Source: Candidatus Woesearchaeota archaeon (GTDB lineage: Archaea > Nanobdellota > Nanobdellia > Woesearchaeales > ARS49). From it: 64,000 nucleotides of DNA. The notes under the pieces are model-generated. The model had not been told where the DNA came from and made no database searches. It saw only the letters and a program-made list of their open reading frames with translations. Shown here one piece after another: positions 1 to 7,311 of the stretch. The first letter of the stretch is position 1. Each line of letters begins with the position of its first letter. The position numbers and the translations under genes were made by a program. Location of the stretch: assembly GCA_016203225.1 (NCBI GenBank), contig JACQNC010000006.1, positions 72,552 through 136,551 on the forward strand. The letters run 5' to 3'.

Positions 1-733
1 CTTTGAAGAACTCCGTCTCGTTGAACTCCTTGAACAGGACATTGCCCGTCGCGGGTCGCTTCCCAAAACCGTAAACGACAAAACCGCCCGGGAGCTGGCG
101 GAGAACGCTGACAAGCCTTTTGTTTGTCTTTGACGTCTGATATACAAGTACGGGCCCACTGTCGCTCATCCGGATCCTGAGCAGTTCCTTCCGCACTATC
201 GGCGGAACCAGCATCGCGTTGTTCGCGCGGGGAAACGAGAATGTCGTTATAACGTGCAACGCTGCGTGCGGTATCAACAAGGCATTCACAAGCCTGGTCT
301 TGAACGCTTCCCAGGCATAGCGCCGGGGATAGGACACGTGCGTCTTGTTGAGGATGTGCTGGTTGCTTATGCTCACGACCGGGATGCCGAACAGCCAGCC
401 CACGTAGCACGTGAACGGGTCGTAATCCGTGATGATGAGCTGAGGCTTCCAAGTCAACGCGAGGAACAGCACTTTCAAGAACGAAAACGCGAGCAAAGGC
501 GCCCGCACGAAAGTATAAAGCAAGATCCCGAGGTCGCTCACGCTGTTGTCCCAATATATGATGTGGAATCCGAAGATGCGGTGCACCGCACGGAACCTGC
601 GTTGCAGGTACTCGAAGGCGCGGCTGCCTGATAAGATACGCACGTCATGCCTATTCGTTAGACTGTCGAGTACGGCCTTGGCGCGCGTGGCGTGCCCCAT
701 ACCCTCGCCCGCGACTCCATAGAGTATGCGCAT
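1..733 (-). CDS. glycosyltransferase, GT-B fold (MJ1255/MGT-like). About 244 N-terminal codons; the C-terminus lies beyond the left edge
   Basis: Own translation of the minus strand from ATG 733-731 gives MRILYGVAGEGMGHATRAKAVLDSL...ISNQHIL. The frame stays open to nt 1, so it is absent from the ORF track (no stop in window). It has the G-x-G-x-GH-x-x-R N-terminal motif of this GT family. The start overlaps the hydrolase stop (TAATG). Confidence 0.6.
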   Translation of the reverse strand, partial: MRILYGVAGEGMGHATRAKAVLDSLTNRHDVRILSGSRAFEYLQRRFRAVHRIFGFHIIYWDNSVSDLGILLYTFVRAPLLAFSFLKVLFLALTWKPQLIITDYDPFTCYVGWLFGIPVVSISNQHILNKTHVSYPRRYAWEAFKTRLVNALLIPHAALHVITTFSFPRANNAMLVPPIVRKELLRIRMSDSGPVLVYQTSKTNKRLVSVLRQLPGGFVVYGFGKRPATGNVLFKEFNETEFFK

Positions 734-1503
734 TACTCACCCGCGAACGCCGCGATAAGGCCCGCGGTCCGCAGAGGCTGACGCGTCACCACCAAGTGAT
801 GCGTAGGCACGTCCGCATGGACGATGTTCGGATGCCTCCACAACAGGTCCGCGAGCGCACGCCGACGCAGGAAGACATCCTTCGTTCCGGTGATGAGCAG
901 GGTCGGCTGCTTGACCGCGCCGAAATCAAGCTCGGATCCAAGCGCGCGCTCGATCGTCCGCGCGTAGTCGCGCGTGTGCACGCCTTTGAGCTCGTTGAAC
1001 GGCGATAACACCGCAGGCACGAGACGCTCGTGCGTGACGAGCTTAAGGCGCCTCCTCATGGGAACGAACGCGAGCAGCCCTCGCAGCGTTCGCATCGCCT
1101 CGATGAGGAATCCGCTCGCGCGAGTCAACGAGCGCGAGAACGGGCTGATGAGCACCGCCTTCTTGGCCTTCTTCGGAAAGCGCTTGGCGAGCTCGAGCGC
1201 GATCGGAGCGCCGATCGACATACCCACAGGGATGAACTCCCGGACATTCTCACGATGCAGGATCTCCGCGATATCACGCGTGACGGCCTCGATCGAGAAC
1301 CTGCCGAAACCGGACAGGCCATGGTTGCGAATATCCACCGCGATGTACGAACGGTCGGCGAACCTCGGCAGGATGCGGCTCCACGCGGTGTGGTTGCTGC
1401 CAGCGCCATGGATGAACAGCAAGGTCGGATTCTTCACCCTCCGATTGACCTGGTAATGCAGGATCGTGCCATCGAAGCTACCGCAATAATCGGATGTCAA
1501 CAT
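733..1503 (-). CDS. alpha/beta-fold hydrolase
   Basis: 256-aa ORF with an HG oxyanion motif (LLFIHGAGSN), a nucleophile elbow G-M-S-I-G and a C-terminal His. This is the typical alpha/beta hydrolase layout. Confidence 0.8.
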   Translation of the reverse strand: MLTSDYCGSFDGTILHYQVNRRVKNPTLLFIHGAGSNHTAWSRILPRFADRSYIAVDIRNHGLSGFGRFSIEAVTRDIAEILHRENVREFIPVGMSIGAPIALELAKRFPKKAKKAVLISPFSRSLTRASGFLIEAMRTLRGLLAFVPMRRRLKLVTHERLVPAVLSPFNELKGVHTRDYARTIERALGSELDFGAVKQPTLLITGTKDVFLRRRALADLLWRHPNIVHADVPTHHLVVTRQPLRTAGLIAAFAGE

Positions 1504-1504
1504 A

Positions 1505-1579
1505 CGCGCCTGAAGGGATTCGAACCCTCGACCTAAAGGTTAGGAACCTTTCGCTCTATCCAGGCTGAGCTACAGGCGC
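1505..1579 (-). tRNA. tRNA-Arg (anticodon CCT)
   Basis: Hand-folded cloverleaf: acceptor GCGCCTG/CAGGCGC, D-loop AGCCTGGATA, anticodon stem AAAGG/CCTTT with loop TTCCTAA, T-arm GAGGG-TTCGAAT-CCCTT. No encoded CCA. Confidence 0.85.
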
Positions 1580-1592
1580 ACGTGTTGGGCGT

Positions 1593-1603
1593 TCAAGAGA
1601 GGA
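1593..1603. promoter_or_regulatory. TATA-like element (atttaaaaaac) between the divergent tRNA-Arg and truD
   Basis: It is the only AT-rich box in the 55-nt spacer. It lies about 30 nt upstream of the truD ATG and 14-24 nt from the tRNA 5' end on the other strand. Confidence 0.35.
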
Positions 1604-1634
1604 TTTAAAAAACTATTGACGTTCTACCGACGAT

Positions 1635-2582
1635 ATGAAGCTCAAGCAACAACCGGAGGATTTCATAGTTGACGAGCTCTTTTCATTCACGCCGAGCAAC
1701 GGGCCGTTCACTTGGTTCCAGCTCACGAAAAGGGGCCTTGGCACACTTGACGCGCTGAAACTCCTCACCGTGGCGTGGAACGTCCCATTGAAACGCTTCG
1801 GTTTCGCGGGGCTTAAAGACAAACACGCGCTCACGACACAGGTGTGCTCTGCCAGAGGCGTTCCCTTAAGCAGGATCGACGACACACGCATAGCGAACCT
1901 CGAGGTCAAGGCGCTCGGGAACGCGCCTGAACCAGTGCACCTCGGCCACCATCAAGGGAACCGGTTCAAGATAGTTGCGCGCGACATAGACTCACTGCCC
2001 GTTCCGCGCACGACATTCATCAACTACTTCGGCGAACAGCGCTTCAGCACGCACAACGCAGCCATCGGCAAGGCCATCGTGAAAGGCGACTATCGCAAGG
2101 CCGTCGAGAACATCCTGGAGAACGATGGCGACCCATTGCTGAGAGTCCATCTCGACCACTCGCCTAACGATTTCCTTGGCGCGCTCAGACTGCTGTCATC
2201 GAAACTGTTACGGCTGTACGTCAACGCCTACCAGAGCAGGCTCTGGAACGATGTCGTGCGAGAACACGTAGCTCAAGGGGACTATCCCTCAGAGCTTCCG
2301 GTCGTGGGGTTCGGTACCGAGACGACGGACGAACTCACGCGCGCGGCGATGCGCAAGGAAGGGCTCACAGTACGCGACTTCATATTCAAAGCCATCCCGA
2401 ACCTGAGCCAGGAAGGCGTGATGCGCAAGGTCGTCCTGGACGTGCCAGATTTCGCGATGGGCAGGCTCGACAACGACGAGCTGAACCCCGGACGCAAGAA
2501 GGTCGCGGTCACGTTCTCGCTGCCGCCAGGCAGCTACGCGACAGAGGTCGTCCGACAACTGTTCAGCCAAGAATCCGAGTGA
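1635..2582 (+). CDS. truD: tRNA pseudouridine synthase D (TruD/Pus7 family)
   Basis: 315 aa. The N-terminus has PEDFIVDE, the catalytic motif is GLKDKHALTTQ, and NYFGEQRF is present. All are TruD family hallmarks. Confidence 0.85.
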   Translation: MKLKQQPEDFIVDELFSFTPSNGPFTWFQLTKRGLGTLDALKLLTVAWNVPLKRFGFAGLKDKHALTTQVCSARGVPLSRIDDTRIANLEVKALGNAPEPVHLGHHQGNRFKIVARDIDSLPVPRTTFINYFGEQRFSTHNAAIGKAIVKGDYRKAVENILENDGDPLLRVHLDHSPNDFLGALRLLSSKLLRLYVNAYQSRLWNDVVREHVAQGDYPSELPVVGFGTETTDELTRAAMRKEGLTVRDFIFKAIPNLSQEGVMRKVVLDVPDFAMGRLDNDELNPGRKKVAVTFSLPPGSYATEVVRQLFSQESE

Positions 2583-3186
2583 TCTCCTCGAAGATCGCAT
2601 CCACGTCACGGTCGCCATTGATGCGGTAGACGATGTCCCGCGGTTTGTAGTACTCGATAAGGGGATCTGTCTCTTCATGGTAATATTCGAGCCTGCGCTT
2701 GATCGCCTCGGGCTTGTCGTCATCGCGGTGCACGAGCTTGCCGCCGCACTTGTCGCAGATGCCGGGCTTCTTCGGCTGGACGACTATGCCGTACACTCCC
2801 TGGCACTTCGAGCACACGCGCCGTTTTGTTATACGAGCGATAGAGACCGATTCCGGAACGTCGAGCATTATGACCGCGTCAGGCGGGTTGTCCTGGTCGA
2901 GGTACTCTGCCTGGTGCAGGTTGCGCGGATACCCGTCGAGGATCCACCCTTCGTCTGCGTCCTCCTCCTCGATGCGTTCCTTGATCATCCTGTCGGTGAC
3001 CTTGTCGGGCACCATCTTGCCATTGTTGATGAGCTTCGCCGCTATCGCGCCGATGGCTGTCTTTTCGGCGATGTGCTGCCGGAACAGGTCGCCCGCGGCG
3101 ACGTGAACGATGCCGTAATGTTCAGCGAGAAGCTGGGCTTGCGTCCCCTTTCCTGACCCTTGAGGGCCCATGATGATGAGCTTCAT
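2563..3186 (-). CDS. adk: adenylate kinase with zinc-knuckle LID
   Basis: ORF 2563..3285 was trimmed to MKLIIMGPQGSGKGTQAQ (P-loop) at 3186, which gives an ATGA overlap with the upstream stop. The LID carries CSKCQ...CDKCGG. Confidence 0.9.
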   Translation of the reverse strand: MKLIIMGPQGSGKGTQAQLLAEHYGIVHVAAGDLFRQHIAEKTAIGAIAAKLINNGKMVPDKVTDRMIKERIEEEDADEGWILDGYPRNLHQAEYLDQDNPPDAVIMLDVPESVSIARITKRRVCSKCQGVYGIVVQPKKPGICDKCGGKLVHRDDDKPEAIKRRLEYYHEETDPLIEYYKPRDIVYRINGDRDVDAIFEEITRILG

Positions 3187-3644
3187 CCAAGATAGCCGAG
3201 GTCCTGCGTCTGGACCTGCGAGACCTGCCAGTGATCCTTCATCTTGCGCACGAACGGCACGAGGCCTTCCTTGAGTTTCGGCCACTCCTTCATGACGAGC
3301 TTGATCAGCTCGGCATCGGTCTTCTCCTCATTGACCAATTCCGCCTCTGTGGTCGAACGCCACAACGCCATCAAGCGCTGCGAGAGAAGCATCGCGCTAT
3401 GCTTATCCTTGTCGTTGAAGAACGAGCATTCGGTCATGGCGCGCACGCTGTTCGGGTCAGGATGGCAGATGGTCTCGATGATCTCGCTCGCGAAATCCAG
3501 ACGGTCCTGGATCCTGTGACGGACAGAGCGCAAAACGTGCGCCTCGTCCTCGATGTCGCAGATCTCGAACTCGTCGCTCAAATCGTTGAAGGACGGCAGA
3601 TTGTACTTCTTCCTTAGAACGTCATACGCATCTTTCACGGTCAT
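3183..3644 (-). CDS. hypothetical protein (153 aa, helical, acidic)
   Basis: Intact ORF, translationally coupled to adk (ATGA). A TATA-like box (3663-3677) lies about 25 nt upstream of the ATG. No family recognised. Confidence 0.55.
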   Translation of the reverse strand: MTVKDAYDVLRKKYNLPSFNDLSDEFEICDIEDEAHVLRSVRHRIQDRLDFASEIIETICHPDPNSVRAMTECSFFNDKDKHSAMLLSQRLMALWRSTTEAELVNEEKTDAELIKLVMKEWPKLKEGLVPFVRKMKDHWQVSQVQTQDLGYLG

Positions 3645-3816
3645 GGAATCGCCTGACTCCCGAGGGTATTTAAGGATTATGCTGCCGTGCTCGTACCGCC
3701 TGCTCTATTGTTGTCGTCCCGTTACCGATAGAAAAGACACTGCGACAAATCTGCTTGGAAAGATCACGCCAGGGACGGCAAAGCTTAAAAGAAGTGCAGA
3801 GCGCCAAACGCCTAGT

Positions 3817-3889
3817 GCCCCTGTAGCATAGTAGCCATTGCGGCGGTTTTGTAAACCGCAGGTCGCCGGTGCAACTCCGGCCAGGGGCT
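3817..3889 (+). tRNA. tRNA-Thr (anticodon TGT), atypical elbow
   Basis: Acceptor GCCCCTG/CAGGGGC, anticodon stem GCGGT/ACCGC with loop TTTGTAA, T-stem GCCGG/CCGGC. The T-loop is TGCAACT rather than TTCRANT, and the D-loop AGTAGCCA lacks the GG pair. A TATA-like box gcttaaaag lies about 27 nt upstream. Confidence 0.65.
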
Positions 3890-3892
3890 TCT

Positions 3893-4435
3893 ATGCGCTG
3901 CTTCGGTGACGGCAATCCACTGTACGAACGCTACCACGATGAAGAATGGGGCGTGCCGGTACACAACGACAGGAAGCTGTTCGAGTTCTTGATCCTGGAA
4001 GGCGCGCAGGCAGGCCTGTCCTGGAGCACGATCCTGAAACGAAGAGACGGATACCGGAAAGCGTTCGCGAACTTCGACCCCGCGAAGGTCGCGACGTTCA
4101 CCGACAAGGACGTTCGACGCTTGTTGAAAGACGCCGGCATAATCCGGAACAATCTCAAGATAAGATCCGCGATAACCAACGCGAAAGCATTCCTCGGGAT
4201 CAAGGAAGAGTTCGGCAGTTTCGACTCTTACGTCTGGAAGTTCGTCAACCACAGGCCGATACGCAACGCGGTCAAGCGAGGCGAGTGGCAGGCGACAAGC
4301 GCCGCGTCTGATGCGTTGTCGAAAGACCTGAAGAAACGAGGGTTCAGTTTCGTCGGGAGCACCATAATGTACGCATTCATGCAAGCCATCGGCATGGTCA
4401 ACGACCACGCGATAGATTGCAAAAACTCTAAGTAG
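3893..4435 (+). CDS. tag: DNA-3-methyladenine glycosylase I
   Basis: MRCFGDGNPLYERYHDEEWGVPVHNDRKLFEFLILEGAQAGLSWSTIL is a near-textbook Tag N-terminus. The start was trimmed from 3869, which lies inside the tRNA, to the ATG at 3893. Confidence 0.85.
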   Translation: MRCFGDGNPLYERYHDEEWGVPVHNDRKLFEFLILEGAQAGLSWSTILKRRDGYRKAFANFDPAKVATFTDKDVRRLLKDAGIIRNNLKIRSAITNAKAFLGIKEEFGSFDSYVWKFVNHRPIRNAVKRGEWQATSAASDALSKDLKKRGFSFVGSTIMYAFMQAIGMVNDHAIDCKNSK

Positions 4436-4937
4436 TATACCTGTGCAGATTCAGGAATCCTGCGATGTTGTTCTTCAACTGCAGGATATCGTCCTTGACG
4501 GTCTGCTGGAATCCGCCGGTGAGCGTCTTGTAGACGTACTTGTCATAGACTGTGCGGATGAACATGAACAACGGCTTGCCCTCCCATTTGCCCTCATAAT
4601 CCGTCTCGAGCACGCCCGTGAAAACGAGATGCACCTTGCCCTGGTTCAGGCGCTGTTTCACTCCCTCGGCGCCCTCGACCGTGACATCCTTTATATTGCT
4701 CAACTGGACGCGGATCTTGAGCACGCTCTTCGCGTAATCGGTCAGTTGTTTCGTGGGCTGCAGATCGAGCTCGACGAACTTGCCCTCGGGCTTCGCGCTC
4801 TCGACATGACGCGGCTCGAAACGGTAGTAGCCCTTGTCCAGGAACCACTCGTCTATCAGTCGATACAGCTCTGCGACAGAGAATATACCCTCGTAGTCCA
4901 CGCGTTCCTTGTCCACCACTATCTCCTGCTCGGCCAT
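4428..4937 (-). CDS. uncharacterised protein, paralog 3 of a tandem triplet
   Basis: 169 aa. It shares the layout helix (LYRLIDEWFLDKGY), beta-rich core (KDVTVEG...GVLETDYEGKWEG) and C-terminal helix with the two upstream genes. Confidence 0.7.
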   Translation of the reverse strand: MAEQEIVVDKERVDYEGIFSVAELYRLIDEWFLDKGYYRFEPRHVESAKPEGKFVELDLQPTKQLTDYAKSVLKIRVQLSNIKDVTVEGAEGVKQRLNQGKVHLVFTGVLETDYEGKWEGKPLFMFIRTVYDKYVYKTLTGGFQQTVKDDILQLKNNIAGFLNLHRYTT

Positions 4938-5435
4938 CTAGTGCGCCTCGAACTGCAATGAATCACGGATGAAGCGCTGCAGCTTGAAGATGGTCGTGTG
5001 GACGTTGTCCCAGTAGACGTTCTCGATCGTCTCCTTGATGATGTATTTGTGGTAGAAATCTCTGAGTCCCTCAAGGAACGCGTTGCCCTCAAAACGCTTC
5101 TGGTAATCGAGCTCGACAACCCCTGCGAGCGTCGCCTGTATGCGGCCGTGCTGCATCTTCACCTTCTCCCCATCGCGCACGACCTCCACGTCCTTCATGT
5201 CGGATATCTTGAGCTCGACGTTGATTTTAAACTTTGCGTAGTGCGTCTGTTTGCGCTCGCCGTCCATCTTGACCTCGAGCTCTGCGCCCTCGCCGCCAAC
5301 CTTGTGCTTGTAGGACGGCTCGATGACCTCGTAACCAGCGTCCTGGAGCCAGCCGCGGATCGACGCGAGAAGCTGTTTCAGGTTGAACGGGCCGTAGAAC
5401 TGCGTCACGCTCGGAGGGATCGGGATGTCAGGCAT
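4938..5435 (-). CDS. uncharacterised protein, paralog 2 of a tandem triplet
   Basis: Start trimmed to MPDIPIPP (5435), giving a TGATG overlap with the upstream stop. Motifs are IRGWLQDAGY, KDVEVVRDG and GVVELDYQKRFEG. Its stop directly abuts the next ATG. Confidence 0.7.
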   Translation of the reverse strand: MPDIPIPPSVTQFYGPFNLKQLLASIRGWLQDAGYEVIEPSYKHKVGGEGAELEVKMDGERKQTHYAKFKINVELKISDMKDVEVVRDGEKVKMQHGRIQATLAGVVELDYQKRFEGNAFLEGLRDFYHKYIIKETIENVYWDNVHTTIFKLQRFIRDSLQFEAH

Positions 5436-6043
5436 CAGGTCTGGTCTCGCTTCTGCCACCACTCGCTCAATTCGCGCTCGGGCAGATAGGTCTCTAGCTT
5501 GAGGTACGTCTTGATGGCTTCCTGCAAGCGCTGCATGTCATACTGTATCTGCTTCTCGTGCTGCTTCTGCTTGCCTTTCAGGAAAACCTTGAAAACGAAA
5601 TCGTAGAAGTGCTTGCCCAGCCAGTGCTTCTTGACCTTGCCGCCCGGATCGATGATGATGTTGCACGCCGCGGCGATCTCGACCTCACCCTTGTCCGCCT
5701 TGTACTTCTTGCCGCCGGACACGACCTCGACCTCTTTCTGGCCCAGGATGTGGAAGTCGATATCTAGATCGTACCTGAACAAGCCCTTGTAGCTCTTGAT
5801 GTCCTCCTTGCTCAGACGCCAACGCACGAAGACCTCTGCGCCGATAGGGCGTTCCATGTGCTCGTACAGGATCTCCTTGAAGTCCTCATCAGAACGCGAA
5901 CAGTACCCTTCGTCGGCGAGCCATTCGTGCAGGAGCTTGTACAGGTAAGCCCAGGAATAGACGTCCTTGTAGACGACCGTGAACTTAGCGACCTCTTTTT
6001 TGTCCACGCCCTCGAATCTGAACCTGAGCTCGGGCTCGGCCAT
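5435..6043 (-). CDS. uncharacterised protein, paralog 1 of a tandem triplet
   Basis: 202 aa with LLHEWLADEGY and KEVEVVSGG; more divergent than the other two. It is the first cistron, and a TATA-like box lies about 22 nt upstream of the ATG. Confidence 0.65.
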   Translation of the reverse strand: MAEPELRFRFEGVDKKEVAKFTVVYKDVYSWAYLYKLLHEWLADEGYCSRSDEDFKEILYEHMERPIGAEVFVRWRLSKEDIKSYKGLFRYDLDIDFHILGQKEVEVVSGGKKYKADKGEVEIAAACNIIIDPGGKVKKHWLGKHFYDFVFKVFLKGKQKQHEKQIQYDMQRLQEAIKTYLKLETYLPERELSEWWQKRDQT

Positions 6044-6064
6044 GTCTCCTTTGCGGGCGGGCGC

Positions 6065-6099
6065 ATTTATAAGGGTTTCGTGGCCAAACCTTTATATAC
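6065..6099. promoter_or_regulatory. back-to-back TATA boxes for divergent leaderless genes
   Basis: atttataag (6065-6073) lies 22 nt from the ATG at 6043 on the minus strand. tttatatac (6091-6099) lies 22 nt from the ATG at 6121 on the plus strand. Confidence 0.5.
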
Positions 6100-6120
6100 A
6101 ATCCACAGGGCACTCCAGCC

Positions 6121-7311
6121 ATGCTAATCGGTGTCGTGGGAAAAGCCAACGTGGGAAAATCGACGTTCTTCAAAGCCATGACGCTCGCGGACGTGCTCAT
6201 CGCGAACTATCCTTTCGCGACGATCGACCCGAACAAGGCGTTCGCGTTCGTCCGCATCGACTGCGTCGACACCGAGTTCAAGGTGCAGTGCAACCCTCGC
6301 TTCGGGAGCTGCATCAAGCACCAGCGCTTCGTGCCCGTGGAAGTCATGGACGTCGCCGGCCTCGTGCCAGGCGCACACCTCGGCAAGGGCATGGGGCTCA
6401 CGTTCCTGGACGACCTGCGGCAGGCGGACGCGTTCGTGCACGTCGTCGACATGGCCGGCTCGACAAACGAGAAAGGCGAGCCGGTCGATCCCGGAAGCTA
6501 CGATCCCGCGAACGACATCCGATTCCTCGAAGTCGAACTCGACATGTGGGTGTACGGCATCATCACGAAGGGCTGGGAAAAGACGGCCCGCGCGCTGCAG
6601 CAAGAGAAAGGCGCTGTCGTCAAGGCGCTCGCAAAGCAATTGTCAGGACTTAACATCTCTGAAGGACTTGTCGAGGAAGTAGTGAAGAAACTCAAGCTCA
6701 ACCTCGAGACGCCACAGGAATGGACTCCCGAACAGATAAAGGAACTAGCCGTCATCATGCGCAAGAAGAGCAAGCCAATGATCATCGCGGCGAACAAGAT
6801 GGACCTGCCTACGGCCGACGCGAACCTTGAACGCATCAAGAAAGAATTCCCTGATGCGCTCATCATCCCGACGAGCGCAGAGGCAGAACTGACATTACGA
6901 CAGGCGGCGAAAGCAGGACTGATCGAGTACCTGCCAGGCGACGCCGACTTCACGATAAAAGGAAATTTGAGTCCTAAACAGACCGAGGCGCTCGAATACA
7001 TCCGCGCCGTGCTCAAGAAGTACGGCAACACAGGCGTGCAGAAGGTCCTGAACGCGGCCGTGTTCGAACTCCTGCACTACATGGCGATCTTCCCGGGCGG
7101 CATGAGCAAACTCGCCGACAAGGACGGAAACGTGCTCCCGGACTGTTTCCTGCTGCCGCCGGACTCGACCGCGCTGGATTTCGCGGCGAAGATCCACACC
7201 GACTTGGCCAAGAATTTCATCGCGGCCATGGACGTCAAGACGCGGAGAAAGATCGGCAGAGACACGAAATTGAAGAATCGAGATGTGGTGGAGATACTGA
7301 CAAGTAAATAG
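6121..7311 (+). CDS. Obg/YchF-family P-loop GTPase/ATPase with C-terminal TGS-like domain
   Basis: G1 GKANVGKST, G3 DVAGLV, G4 NKMD, and a C-terminal beta-grasp region ending DVVEILTSK. Confidence 0.8.
   Translation: MLIGVVGKANVGKSTFFKAMTLADVLIANYPFATIDPNKAFAFVRIDCVDTEFKVQCNPRFGSCIKHQRFVPVEVMDVAGLVPGAHLGKGMGLTFLDDLRQADAFVHVVDMAGSTNEKGEPVDPGSYDPANDIRFLEVELDMWVYGIITKGWEKTARALQQEKGAVVKALAKQLSGLNISEGLVEEVVKKLKLNLETPQEWTPEQIKELAVIMRKKSKPMIIAANKMDLPTADANLERIKKEFPDALIIPTSAEAELTLRQAAKAGLIEYLPGDADFTIKGNLSPKQTEALEYIRAVLKKYGNTGVQKVLNAAVFELLHYMAIFPGGMSKLADKDGNVLPDCFLLPPDSTALDFAAKIHTDLAKNFIAAMDVKTRRKIGRDTKLKNRDVVEILTSK

Noticed and set aside
254-631. 125-aa plus-strand ORF at the left edge
   Set aside because: It is antisense to the partial glycosyltransferase gene, whose minus-strand frame is open across the whole 1-733 interval and carries the family's GxGxGHxxR motif.
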